Below are positions 52,766-62,699 of a stretch of 64,000 nucleotides of DNA, piece after piece. Source of the DNA: a plasmid. Below the pieces are notes generated by a model. The model was not told where the DNA came from and ran no database searches. It worked only from the letters and a program-made list of their open reading frames with translations. The stretch lies in sequence record AP025670.1, one strand, 5' to 3'. Position numbers and translations under genes: made by a program. Position 1 is the stretch's first letter; each line of letters starts with the position of its first letter.

Positions 52766-54199
52766 ATGGTCACGCACAAGACAGTAAAAAGGAGCCTGCT
52801 TGCCCTGAGTGTGGCGGCCAGTCTCTTCATGGCACCTACAGGGGCGATAGCCGCTAACGGCCTCCAGTCACAGATGGACAAACTCTTCAATGAAATGAGC
52901 AACACAACACCACCTGGCGTTTATGAAAGCCAACGACGTGGCGTTTTAGCTGGTGGCCGGTTCACAGCAAAGACTCGAATCTTTGACGAGAACCTGGTGA
53001 GTTTTGCCCCTCCATCATGGAAAGCTGGTTGCGGTGGTGTGGATCTGTTCGGCGGTTCGCTTTCCTTCATTAACGCGGACCAAATTGTCCAACTCCTCCG
53101 AGCTGTCGCAGCCAACGCCAAGGGCTATGCCTTCCAGCTTGCGCTCGACAATGTTTTCCCGGACGGAGCGAAGTGGATAGAGAACTTCCAGAAGAAAGTA
53201 CAAGCGCTCAACCAACATCTGGGCAACTCCTGCCAGCTCGCTCAAGGTTTCGTGAACGACCTAACCAGTGGTATGGACCTTAAACACAAAACTGATGCTT
53301 CTATCACCGCGACAACTTCCGGCCTGTATGAAGACTTCTTCGGGTCCAAGCAGGAAACCAGCGGCAAGAGCCCCCTGGAAGAACTGAAAGCTAACAAGCC
53401 TGACGAATACAACAAGATGATTGGCAATATCGTCTGGAAGCAACTCAAGAGCAACAACGCCAACACCTGGTTCCAGTACGGGGATAACACCCTGCTTGAA
53501 GCGATCATGTCTTTAACCGGCACAGTCATCATTGGTGATCTGGTAAACGACCCTAACTCAACCGGCACGGGTGCGAAAACAACCCCCCTGACAACCCTGC
53601 CAGGTAACAAGATCACCTTGTCAGATCTGATTTCAGGCGGTTCTGTTGAGATCTATTCCTGTGACTCTGATACGACCAACTGCCTGAGTGCTGGCACCAG
53701 CAATAAAACTGTCGTGCTCAAAGGTATCAAGAACCAGATCACCGACATGCTATTGGGAACCAGTTCTACGCCTGGCGTCATCTACAAATACGCAACGAAC
53801 TCTGGAACCTTAACCGACCCAGAAAAGGCCTTTGTTTCTAACCTCCCTGGAGGGATTGGCACCATCGTTCGTAACTTGTCTGTCCTTTCACAGGACGGCG
53901 CTAACCTGTTCGCAACAGAGTCATCAGGAGCGATAGCCCTGACCATGATGTATAGCTTCTCGGAAGAGTTCTTCCGTGCAGCTCGCATTGCGATGGCTAA
54001 TAGCAAATCGCCCTACAAGAAAGAGGCACTGGAGCTTCTCGCGCAATCGCAACAGCAAATCCGCGCTGAATACACAATTCTGTCCTCTCAATACGGCGAC
54101 CTGGCAAGCCAGATTGAGAAATACAACAACCTACTGGACAACATCCGCAAGCAAAAATACATGCTGGCAACTTTGTCCAATCCTCCTAGCACGAACTAA
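52766..54199 (+). CDS. traH: F-type conjugative pilus assembly protein TraH
   Basis: 477 aa with a signal peptide. Motif SWKAGCGGVDLFGGSLSFIN is typical of TraH. Translationally coupled to traF. Confidence 0.75.
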   Translation: MVTHKTVKRSLLALSVAASLFMAPTGAIAANGLQSQMDKLFNEMSNTTPPGVYESQRRGVLAGGRFTAKTRIFDENLVSFAPPSWKAGCGGVDLFGGSLSFINADQIVQLLRAVAANAKGYAFQLALDNVFPDGAKWIENFQKKVQALNQHLGNSCQLAQGFVNDLTSGMDLKHKTDASITATTSGLYEDFFGSKQETSGKSPLEELKANKPDEYNKMIGNIVWKQLKSNNANTWFQYGDNTLLEAIMSLTGTVIIGDLVNDPNSTGTGAKTTPLTTLPGNKITLSDLISGGSVEIYSCDSDTTNCLSAGTSNKTVVLKGIKNQITDMLLGTSSTPGVIYKYATNSGTLTDPEKAFVSNLPGGIGTIVRNLSVLSQDGANLFATESSGAIALTMMYSFSEEFFRAARIAMANSKSPYKKEALELLAQSQQQIRAEYTILSSQYGDLASQIEKYNNLLDNIRKQKYMLATLSNPPSTN

Positions 54200-54211
54200 G
54201 GGGCCATTGGA

Positions 54212-57200
54212 ATGGGAGCTTTTTCAATCCACTCTATCGGTGACTCTGCTTTTCTGGAGCAAATCCTGATTGCAGTATCAATGATCACCGGCACCGGAGA
54301 CTTCGAGAAGATGGTCAGTATTGGCCTGCTTCTTGGGGTCTTGATGATCTGTATTCAGTCCGTCTTTCAGGGCGCAAAGCAAATCAACCTCCAGCAAGTG
54401 CTGGTAGGTTGGATTCTATATGCCTGCTTCTTCGGTCCAACCACAACGGTGACTATCGAGGATGCGTACACAGGGCAGGTTCGAGTCGTCGCCAATGTCC
54501 CTATTGGGGTGGGCTTTGCTGGAGGTGTCATATCCAACGTGGGATACACCATCACCAATTTGTTTGAAACCGGATATGGAGTAATCGTACCCAATGTCAC
54601 GGAAAGCCACTTTTCCGAAACACTGAAACTGTTGAATGACGTCAGACGGCGAGCCTATGACACCGGGGTTTTCACTGCGCTTAATTCAGCAAATGGGGGC
54701 GGCTATGTTGATGTGAGGCGTTCTTGGAACAATTACATTCGGGAATGCACGTTGACCAAAGTTGATCTCAACCTAATGTCCCTTGATGAGTTGATGAACC
54801 GTTCAACCGACTCAGCTTTGCGGTTCAACTCTCAGCTCTACGGAACCCGGTTGTATTTGTCCACATCAAACCCTGATGGCGCTGACTACACATGTACTGA
54901 CGGATGGGTGGCTATTAGCACTGCAACCGCCAACCTAAGCAGCCCGGTTGTTGTTGATGCTCTTAACAGCCTACTGGGTATTGACACATCAACTGGCGAT
55001 AACGCTATAACTAAGCTAACTGACTCCCTGCAAGCAATGGGGGCCACAACTACGTCATCAATCGACTACCTGAAAGCCGCCGTTCTGGAGCCCCTCTATT
55101 ATGAAGCCGCAGCAGGACGCTATCAGGACCTCCAGGACTACGGCTCTGCATTGATGATCAACCAAGCCATTCAGCAACGTAATACTCAGTGGGCCGCAGA
55201 GCAGTCGATGTTCATGACCGTTGTCCGACCAATGCTGACGTTCTTTGAGGGCTTCATTTACGCTATCACCCCGATCATTGCTTTTATTATCGTGATGGGC
55301 AGCTTTGGCCTCCAGTTAGCCGGTAAATATGTGCAAACCATCCTCTGGATTCAGCTATGGATGCCAGTCCTCTCAATTATCAACCTGTTTGTTCATACCG
55401 CCGCGTCAAATGAGATGTCTAGTCTCAGTGCTGGTGGTCTCAACTCCATGTACGCACTTTCCTCAACTGGAGATGTGCTGCAACACTGGATTGCAACCGG
55501 CGGCATGTTGGCTGCGGCCACTCCGGTGATTTCCCTGTTTATCGTCACAGGTAGCACCTACGCCTTCACCAGCTTGGCATCGAGAATAAGTGGTTCTGAC
55601 CACGTTGACGAAAAGATGCAAACGCCAGATCTACTCAAGCAAGGTCCGGTTATGCAAAGCCAACCAGCGTACAACCACAACCAATTCAGTGGTGCGATTG
55701 CAAACGGCGCAGAAAGCATGATCAGCACCTTCTCGCTTGGCTCCACCTTGGCATCGGGCGTGAGCTCCGCACAGGCATTACAAAGTCAGAAATCGGAGGC
55801 TTTCCAAAGCACCCTCGGTCGAGGTTTTTCTGATGGAGTAAGTCAGGATCAAGCCTATTCAAGACTCTCCAATGTCGGGCGCAACGTTTCGTCGCAAAAC
55901 ACAGCTCAGAGCCAATTGATCAACCAGCAAGCCAAGAACTTCATGGATAAGTTCCAGGTGGATGATAGCCACTCTGATGCTGTCAAAGGTGCTTTTGCCA
56001 TGCAGGCTATGGGCACACTCGATGTTGACGAAGCTGCGTCCATGCTTATGCCTATGGTTGGTAAGGCCGGGGCAGCAATGAAGGCCGCTGCTGGTGTGAA
56101 ATCAAACAGTACAGCCCTTGTTCCTGCTGGTGGTGATGGCGAATCAGGCGGCGGTAGTGATGTCCTGGACATCAAAGCGCAAGCGAAGGGGGCAACGGAG
56201 TCATCAGCTCAAGACTCGTCAAGCTGGTCAGCGAGTGATGTGTCCCAGTTCATGAAGGGTGTGAGCTATTCGCAAACCGATAGCCAGGCGTTGACAAATC
56301 AATTGGCGCAGGGTTTCAGCCGTTCTGGAAGCGAGTCATTTAAGCAAACCTGGGGTGACAGCTTATCCCAGAATCTGTCCAAGTCGGCCTCTGAACTGGT
56401 GTCTGCATCAGACACCTTCACAACAATGAGTCAGCTCCAAAATCAAATGGGCTCCATGACTAACACCGACTTTAAAACTCTCGGTGGTGCAGTGGCACAA
56501 ACCCCTGCGGCCATGAACCAACTGAATGACTATTTCCGAAATGCCGCGCCGCAATCGGTTAAAGACGAGGCGGCTTCACTACAGCAAAGATACCAAGCCT
56601 ACGGAATGTCGCCTCAAGTGGCCCAAGCAGCAGCGCGAATGACAGCAATGACCAACTCCAAAAATTACGAACCGGGTAAGGAGCTTGGCGGGTATCAAGC
56701 CGCACTACAGGCGATCAATACCGCGTCCGGTCGCAATGGAGCATTTAGTGGTGATGCTTACGGAAATAACGGCATTGAAGGCCCGAATGTTCAAGGCCTA
56801 CCAGGTCAGGTTCAAGGTGCTGTAGGCAGTGGACCTAACATCCCAACCGGATTCCGGGAGAATGTGGCTGGGATGGCTGGAACTAATCCGGCATCAGAAG
56901 CTGGTCAGTTACCAACAAATAGCCCCCTTGTTCAAAATGAACATGCAGCCGGTACGTCAGCTCTTCACAACCAAGCGCAGCAAACAGAGCGAAATGTATC
57001 TGCTCCTGAACTGAAAAAAGCCCAAGATAACCTTATGAACTCACTTCCGGAAATGTCTTGGAGCGCTTCGGCATGGGGGGCTTGGGATAACTCCACTGAC
57101 TGGATGGGCCGCAGAGCTGAACAAGCTGGTGGAGCTCTTATTGCTGGTGGTCAAGCTGGCGCTGATGCGTTCTCAAAAGCAATGGATCAAATGAGAACGA

Positions 57201-57826
57201 TGACGCCTGAACAACGCGACCAATTCATCGCGGCAACTCAACGCGGCGACCAGGCCGTTCAAGAAGAGTTTGGCTGGGCCGGTGACGCGATGGTTGGGAT
57301 GGCTAAACTTGGCCGAAACGTCATGGGAGCTGCTGCAAGCGGCTATGATGCAGCTAAAGAATGGTTAACTGGTAAATCTGACCTATCAGAAGCCGCTAAA
57401 GGGATGAGCATTGAAGAACGCGGCGCGTTCTATGCAGCAGCTCTATCCTCTGCCGCAGAAGCCGGTGGTGGAGCGGCGCAGCAGTTTATGAACCAGTATG
57501 GCGATGAGTTCAAAGAGACAATGCAGTCAATTGCTCAAAACCGCTATGGACTGACTCAAGCGCAAGCTGCTGTTTATGCTGAATCCTTTGACACAAACGA
57601 AGGACGCATGGATCAGGCAGTTCAGAACCTGAAAATGGAATATGCAGAACGTAACCCGGATGGTTCACCAATGATGCAAGGTGGTCAGCCTGTTCTTTCT
57701 CAGCAGAACGAAGAGTTTACAGACAAGCTGGTAAACGTATTGCAGAACTCGACAGGGGCAGGAGATCGTTCAGGAAGCTACTTGACTGCTGTCAGGGGGT
57801 ACAACATAGCAAATCAGAGGTTCTAA
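54212..57826 (+). CDS. traG: F-type mating-pair stabilisation / entry-exclusion target protein TraG
   Basis: 1204 aa. N-terminal polytopic membrane domain followed by a long Q/A/S/G-rich periplasmic domain. Size and position match TraG of IncA/C / SXT. Confidence 0.8.
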   Translation: MGAFSIHSIGDSAFLEQILIAVSMITGTGDFEKMVSIGLLLGVLMICIQSVFQGAKQINLQQVLVGWILYACFFGPTTTVTIEDAYTGQVRVVANVPIGVGFAGGVISNVGYTITNLFETGYGVIVPNVTESHFSETLKLLNDVRRRAYDTGVFTALNSANGGGYVDVRRSWNNYIRECTLTKVDLNLMSLDELMNRSTDSALRFNSQLYGTRLYLSTSNPDGADYTCTDGWVAISTATANLSSPVVVDALNSLLGIDTSTGDNAITKLTDSLQAMGATTTSSIDYLKAAVLEPLYYEAAAGRYQDLQDYGSALMINQAIQQRNTQWAAEQSMFMTVVRPMLTFFEGFIYAITPIIAFIIVMGSFGLQLAGKYVQTILWIQLWMPVLSIINLFVHTAASNEMSSLSAGGLNSMYALSSTGDVLQHWIATGGMLAAATPVISLFIVTGSTYAFTSLASRISGSDHVDEKMQTPDLLKQGPVMQSQPAYNHNQFSGAIANGAESMISTFSLGSTLASGVSSAQALQSQKSEAFQSTLGRGFSDGVSQDQAYSRLSNVGRNVSSQNTAQSQLINQQAKNFMDKFQVDDSHSDAVKGAFAMQAMGTLDVDEAASMLMPMVGKAGAAMKAAAGVKSNSTALVPAGGDGESGGGSDVLDIKAQAKGATESSAQDSSSWSASDVSQFMKGVSYSQTDSQALTNQLAQGFSRSGSESFKQTWGDSLSQNLSKSASELVSASDTFTTMSQLQNQMGSMTNTDFKTLGGAVAQTPAAMNQLNDYFRNAAPQSVKDEAASLQQRYQAYGMSPQVAQAAARMTAMTNSKNYEPGKELGGYQAALQAINTASGRNGAFSGDAYGNNGIEGPNVQGLPGQVQGAVGSGPNIPTGFRENVAGMAGTNPASEAGQLPTNSPLVQNEHAAGTSALHNQAQQTERNVSAPELKKAQDNLMNSLPEMSWSASAWGAWDNSTDWMGRRAEQAGGALIAGGQAGADAFSKAMDQMRTMTPEQRDQFIAATQRGDQAVQEEFGWAGDAMVGMAKLGRNVMGAAASGYDAAKEWLTGKSDLSEAAKGMSIEERGAFYAAALSSAAEAGGGAAQQFMNQYGDEFKETMQSIAQNRYGLTQAQAAVYAESFDTNEGRMDQAVQNLKMEYAERNPDGSPMMQGGQPVLSQQNEEFTDKLVNVLQNSTGAGDRSGSYLTAVRGYNIANQRF

Positions 57827-57862
57827 AAGACCAATCAATAATAAGGGGGCCATCAGGCCCCC

Positions 57863-58225
57863 TTATTCGTCTCCAGCTCCAATATGGTAGCGCTGGTCAA
57901 AATCATAGGAATCTTGAAATCCACCAGCATGTTTTTTTCTGCGCCGGGTTGGCGGTGCCTCTTTATATGCTGACCGCGCAGCACGGATAAACCATGTTAG
58001 CCCAAACAGAGCCCCGACAGCCAAAGCAACTTGCCACTGGAAGTAGGCAATCCCTCCCCAGAAGATAACAGCAGCCCAAAGACTTCTGTGAATGAAAAAC
58101 AGGAAGCGCGCTCCCCAAACGGCAAAAGGAGCCAGGGCGACAGCCAGCCCCCAAGACGTATCAGCCATCATAGCTATCCCTAGAAGGACAACTCCCAGCA
58201 GAAAAATATTGACCACATGTTTCAT
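57863..58225 (-). CDS. eex: small inner-membrane protein, candidate entry-exclusion protein Eex
   Basis: 120 aa, 3-4 transmembrane helices, convergent with traG as eex is in SXT/IncA/C. Assignment by position and architecture only. Confidence 0.4.
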   Translation of the reverse strand: MKHVVNIFLLGVVLLGIAMMADTSWGLAVALAPFAVWGARFLFFIHRSLWAAVIFWGGIAYFQWQVALAVGALFGLTWFIRAARSAYKEAPPTRRRKKHAGGFQDSYDFDQRYHIGAGDE

Positions 58226-58351
58226 ACCAACCCCCTTACTCTTTACCTCCAGTTTACCACAGCATCAAAAAATGCAACTGTGAAAATTTGACTATTTTTT
58301 GCTAAATAAGCATTCCATTGGCAATTTTTATGATTAGAATTTGCTCTGAAA

Positions 58352-58367
58352 CTTTCACATGTGAAAG
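58352..58367. promoter_or_regulatory. 16-bp palindrome CTTTCACATGTGAAAG upstream of the eex-like gene (copy 2 of 2; 20-bp perfect palindrome here)
   Basis: aactttcacatgtgaaagtt. Lies 127 bp upstream of the minus-strand start at 58225. Confidence 0.4.
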
Positions 58368-58940
58368 TTAGGCCTTACGGAACAAGGCATTTGTTGACAA
58401 AGCATTACATAGTTGAACATGTCAAACAGATCGCATACACTATGGAATAGGCCATTGCTAACGCTTTGGTCCCCATCTGCAACACCGCAGAGTTCTCTTT
58501 CCCAAATACCTCGTATTGTAAACACCATCATCCTCGTGTGGTCGGGTCGCACCTTTGCCTACCCTACCCTCATCAGCTCCTGCTGTATTCGCAATTTCAG
58601 CCCTCGCTGTATCCCTAAAATCACTTATACCTAAACGCTATTTAATATCACAAAATACCGCACTTCCCGTGCGCTATTTCCGCCATTCTTTTGGCGCACT
58701 TTCCATTACTATCGCAAAAATATTCGTATCCCATTGATTACTAACAGTATTGTAACTTTGTTCCGTCGGTACAAAGTTAAGTGTATGTTTTTAAAGGTTT
58801 TTTATTGTTTACAGCATCATTATTTGGGCTTATAAAGGCGCAAAATATGTCAGTTTGTGACAATAGAAGAACTCTAAAAGCGTTCATTGAATAACGCACT
58901 TTTTGTATGGGTAACAACGCAGTTTAAGGGGTGGCAAACA

Positions 58941-59213
58941 ATGGATAAATGCCAAGTGATAGACATCCCAAGCGACCCAGAGAAGAAACGTGAGTGGATC
59001 AAGTACAAACTCAAGATCCAGGGGCTTTCTCTGGCCGCATTGGGCAGAAAACACAAAACATCTCGGCAGGTGGTGTCTACGGCACTCTACAAGCCCAGTC
59101 CACGCTGGGAACATGAGATAGCGACAGCTTTGGGTATGAAGCCGTCTGAGATTTGGCCGGAGCGGTATGACGAAGAACACGAAATCCCCCTCAGACATAA
59201 GGAGGCAAGCTGA
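58941..59213 (+). CDS. Ner/Nlp-family small DNA-binding regulator (Acr1-like)
   Basis: LSLAALGRKHKTSRQVVSTAL...ALGMKPSEIWPERY parallels Ner (LSLSALSRQFGY...ALETKPEVIWPSRY). An upstream in-frame start at 58887 is possible. Confidence 0.6.
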   Translation: MDKCQVIDIPSDPEKKREWIKYKLKIQGLSLAALGRKHKTSRQVVSTALYKPSPRWEHEIATALGMKPSEIWPERYDEEHEIPLRHKEAS

Positions 59214-59746
59214 TGAAGAACAAAGCCAAGGCGCTGGTTCTGTCTGCGGCTCTCCTGTCATCAACAGCGAATGCTATTGACCTGAGCGGAACCATCTTCG
59301 ACAAAGCGGCGAAAGCATATAACCTCGACCCTCTTCTAGTGTATTCGGTCGCATTGGCCGAATCTGCATCAGGGAGAGGTAATGGCTCTATAAGTCCTTG
59401 GCCTTGGACGCTTCGCGTTCCTGGGCTTCCTTTCTATGCCAAGTCGGAAGATCAGGCAAAGGCTAAGCTCGCAGAGTTTCAGCAGCAGTACGGTCGTGCC
59501 ATTGATGTCGGGTTCATGCAAGTGAGCATCCGCTGGAATGGTCATAGAGTTTCTTCTCCAGCAGATCTTCTCGACCCAGAGACCAATGTCATGGTTGGGG
59601 CAGAGGTGCTATCAGAAGCCATTCAGTCATCTCCAAATGACTTGGAGCTTGGCGTTGGCCGCTATCACGCCTGGGAAGACGAAATCCGAGCCAGAAACTA
59701 TGGTAGCCGAGTCTTGGCTATCTATCGCAACCTTCGTGATTTGTGA
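59213..59746 (+). CDS. lytic transglycosylase (SLT domain)
   Basis: Signal peptide. DVGFMQVSIRWNG and NYGSRVLAIYRN are typical of SLT/LtgA-like proteins in conjugation loci. Confidence 0.65.
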   Translation: MKNKAKALVLSAALLSSTANAIDLSGTIFDKAAKAYNLDPLLVYSVALAESASGRGNGSISPWPWTLRVPGLPFYAKSEDQAKAKLAEFQQQYGRAIDVGFMQVSIRWNGHRVSSPADLLDPETNVMVGAEVLSEAIQSSPNDLELGVGRYHAWEDEIRARNYGSRVLAIYRNLRDL

Positions 59747-59755
59747 GGGGGCGGA

Positions 59756-60364
59756 ATGTTGGAACTGGATATTATTGGTGCGTGGGATGCAAGAGCCGTC
59801 AACCTCGATCAAGAAGAAGCTGATAGAAACGTCTACGAGTTCGATCTGACATTGTGGAACCTGCTATCCACTCTGGCAAAAGAACGTCCAGATGATGCGG
59901 CCTCACAATTTTCTTTGGGCATGGACACCGTTCAAAAGCTGTCACTGGCAACACCTTCCCAATTGGAAGCTCTGGCCTCTGGCGTGTTGATCTCTTTCAA
60001 GCTCGAAACAGCAGAGCAGAACATCATCACGCGACTCTCTGGCGACTACGACCCGGTAGTTTTCATCAACCATAGTGTTGATGAATTTGATGCTGCCTAC
60101 TGGTTGCTATTTAACCGCGTCGCATCGAGAGACCCGGAGATGGCAAAGGAAGTTTTCGGGGTTTCGAGAGAGCTTGCGGAGCTGGTGGCTAAGGCAACAG
60201 ACAGCCAGTTGCGCCACATGTCTGGAACAACGGTTACGCATTTTACGCTTCGTTTTGCTCCGAGCATCATTGAAGAAATTCTCGATGACAGCCGGGAAGA
60301 GTTAACACACCCGGTATTGAAAAAACTGCAACAGTCTCTACAGGGACGTGGGAGGTGGAGATGA
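59756..60364 (+). CDS. acaD: FlhD-like transcriptional activator subunit (AcaD/SetD-like)
   Basis: FSLGMDTVQKLSLATPSQLEALASGVLISFKL resembles FlhD [36 protein letters not shown]. Immediately followed by, and overlapping, the FlhC-like gene. Confidence 0.5.
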   Translation: MLELDIIGAWDARAVNLDQEEADRNVYEFDLTLWNLLSTLAKERPDDAASQFSLGMDTVQKLSLATPSQLEALASGVLISFKLETAEQNIITRLSGDYDPVVFINHSVDEFDAAYWLLFNRVASRDPEMAKEVFGVSRELAELVAKATDSQLRHMSGTTVTHFTLRFAPSIIEEILDDSREELTHPVLKKLQQSLQGRGRWR

Positions 60365-60912
60365 ACATTGGCAACTCTGGTACATTGGGTCGCTGGGTTA
60401 CAGCTCGACACATGGCCCTTGCTGGGTACATCACAAAAATCATCATGATCGAGACTGGCCTAACCTACAAACAGGTCAGACGGCTTTACCAGGATCTGGA
60501 GAGGGACGGATATACGCTGGAACGAAAATCCAGAACCTTCCGGGGTGGTGCGACACTGATTCATAGTCACACATCCAAGATACAGGCCTCTCTTCTGATG
60601 CAGCTCTACTTCAACATTGGTGGAGAAGCCGTGTTGCGGTCTGTGAACATCAAAGCCTTGAACAAGGCATTTAGAATGTATCACGCAATCCGCAAAGAAG
60701 TGCCCGGAATGAAAGGTGCTCGATGGGCTCCGTTTGATATTACTGATGCCTGGTGTCTTGCTTCGGAGTTGAGAAGTGGGGACGCAATGCTGGAGGTGTG
60801 CGACAACTGCAAGTGTACGTACTTCACCTCTGTTAATCAAAGAACCTGCGTTGAATGTCCGTTCTGCAAAGAACAAGGAAGGCATGGTGGTGGGGAGAAA
60901 GAGTGTGCTTGA
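60355..60912 (+). CDS. acaC: FlhC-like transcriptional activator subunit (AcaC/SetC-like)
   Basis: 185 aa with a C-terminal Cys4 zinc site (CDNCKC...CVECPFC) as in FlhC. Paired with the FlhD-like gene. Confidence 0.6.
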   Translation: MEMNIGNSGTLGRWVTARHMALAGYITKIIMIETGLTYKQVRRLYQDLERDGYTLERKSRTFRGGATLIHSHTSKIQASLLMQLYFNIGGEAVLRSVNIKALNKAFRMYHAIRKEVPGMKGARWAPFDITDAWCLASELRSGDAMLEVCDNCKCTYFTSVNQRTCVECPFCKEQGRHGGGEKECA

Positions 60913-60971
60913 GTAGACTATGACATTTCGGACCAGAAGATGAGCGCCCAAACTTTGCGGCGCTCATTTTT

Positions 60972-61391
60972 TTACTTCTTCTGTGGGATACGGTAGCGCT
61001 CCAGCTCGACAGCTCCCAACCCCTTGAAAGCATCCGGGCGACGTCCTTGCCCACTCCACGAAACTCCGTCTTTTGAATATTTAGCATTATCAGGTTCTGA
61101 TTTGCTCGTGAACATTTCGTTGAGCAAGCCGATGTCCACACCGCAGGATTCCATGTCGCTCATTATTCGCTCGGCCTGAGCTCGCTTTTCTTTTTCTTCT
61201 TCTTCTCGCTTTTTGTACTCTTCCTCCAGTTCATTGAGAACGCCCTTCATTCTGTCAATGATCTCCCGAACTTCATCTAACGGGAGCCCTCGCAACAGGG
61301 TGCGAATGCGGCTTTTACGCTTTAACTCTGCGATTATTAACTCTCTACGTTCAGCCGCTGATAGCGTAGAGAACTCCTCGTGGTCTTTCAT
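60972..61391 (-). CDS. H-NS-like nucleoid-associated protein (Acr2-like)
   Basis: Coiled-coil N-terminus (E/K-rich). The C-terminal VSWSGQGRRP matches the H-NS DNA-binding loop (TWTGQGRTP). Confidence 0.65.
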   Translation of the reverse strand: MKDHEEFSTLSAAERRELIIAELKRKSRIRTLLRGLPLDEVREIIDRMKGVLNELEEEYKKREEEEKEKRAQAERIMSDMESCGVDIGLLNEMFTSKSEPDNAKYSKDGVSWSGQGRRPDAFKGLGAVELERYRIPQKK

Positions 61392-61392
61392 G

Positions 61393-61686
61393 TCATACGG
61401 AGCCCATCAGTTTTCCTTTAAGTGAATCACGTTGAGAGTTCAGTTTTGCGTCAGCCTGCACTGGCGGATTTTGATGCTGTGCAGGTTGACTCTCTGAACC
61501 CTGTTGCTCAAAAGACCCAATGTTGCCAGAAAATCGAAGAGAATAAAGACCCAATAGAGCAAGGGCGCGGAGCCGATCACTACGCGCCTTATGCTGCATC
61601 TGGGACAGTTCACGATAGAGCTCCGGAAAGGCTTGCTCCGATATGTTCAGATTAGATATTTTTCCATCCCATTTGCTACCAGCCAC
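61393..61686 (-). CDS. possible ParR/StbB-like centromere-binding adaptor
   Basis: 97-aa ORF immediately downstream of the ParM-like gene in the same orientation. No sequence similarity was recognised; assignment by position only. Confidence 0.3.
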   Translation of the reverse strand: MAGSKWDGKISNLNISEQAFPELYRELSQMQHKARSDRLRALALLGLYSLRFSGNIGSFEQQGSESQPAQHQNPPVQADAKLNSQRDSLKGKLMGSV

Positions 61687-61702
61687 AACGACCTCCTATC
61701 TA

Positions 61703-62686
61703 TCAGCCGCAGAACCAGAAGCCCCTGGCATTGGATGCCACGGATTCGTTGGGCAGTACAATCCTGCTCTTAGGGAAAAGCTCCTTGGCCGCATCTTGGT
61801 AAGCCTCGGCACCGCCACCAGCCAGCAGAACTACGTCAGCATCCATCCCGTCCTCACGCATTGACTTCCGCATAGGGATCAAGGCGTTTTGAGCGACTTT
61901 GGTTGAGGCTTTCTTGAAGTAGTCTTTGATCGATACCTTTTCGCCGTAGAGGAAGATTTCGGCCTTACCGGCACGAATAGCTTTCTCGATCTTCTCGATG
62001 CCTGGGGCACCGCCGTGGTCTTCCTGAATTAGCCGATCCGTTTCCTGTAGCAACACCGACATCGCCTTGAGGCTGGTGCCAGATGAATGATAGCGGACCT
62101 CTCCCTCTTCAAGAGCTACCCAGTCTACAGAGAAGAACCCAGGGTCAATTACAACGGTTTTTCCTCCCTGGATAATTTCCAGGAGGTCTTCATCTTTGGT
62201 TGAACTGACAACATCCATGTAAGCACCGGCAGGTTGAGGTACAACCACGACAGACTTAACCGCCACAGATCGTTTTGGCGTGATCTGGTGCTCGCCCTCA
62301 AGTCGAGCTTTCAACGCCTCTCTGCGCTCTACTTCCATGTACTGACTAACAGGCAGGCCAGTCACCAGCACATCGATCTCCTTCTGCTCGGACATCAGGA
62401 GTGCAGCGTAGAAAAGAGCCTTGTATGGATTGGTCGAAGGATAGTCGCCGTGAAGCTCACGCTCCCAACCTTGCAATCGGTCAGGCTCGACGCCTGCAAC
62501 CCATTTCTCTCCATCAATCACAACCTGAATGCTGGCCCCTGCACCGCCAGTTAACTGTTGTGGCATCAGTTCCAGTGGACCCGCCCCCACCGGCATGACG
62601 ACTGTGCGAGCTTCCTCACCTTTATGCCCCATTGCCATTTTCAGGTTGGAGTAACCAATATCCAAACCCAGAACAAATTGACTCAT
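61703..62686 (-). CDS. parM: actin-like ATPase ParM/StbA-family plasmid segregation protein
   Basis: MSQFVLGLDIGYSNLKMAMG (phosphate-1 motif DxG), VVIDPGFFSVD and LLAGGGAEAY (actin-fold motifs). The start at 62686 is preceded by GGAGGA. The ORF-track extension to 62800 is upstream of it. Confidence 0.65.
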   Translation of the reverse strand: MSQFVLGLDIGYSNLKMAMGHKGEEARTVVMPVGAGPLELMPQQLTGGAGASIQVVIDGEKWVAGVEPDRLQGWERELHGDYPSTNPYKALFYAALLMSEQKEIDVLVTGLPVSQYMEVERREALKARLEGEHQITPKRSVAVKSVVVVPQPAGAYMDVVSSTKDEDLLEIIQGGKTVVIDPGFFSVDWVALEEGEVRYHSSGTSLKAMSVLLQETDRLIQEDHGGAPGIEKIEKAIRAGKAEIFLYGEKVSIKDYFKKASTKVAQNALIPMRKSMREDGMDADVVLLAGGGAEAYQDAAKELFPKSRIVLPNESVASNARGFWFCG

Positions 62687-62699
62687 GAAATCCTCCAAA

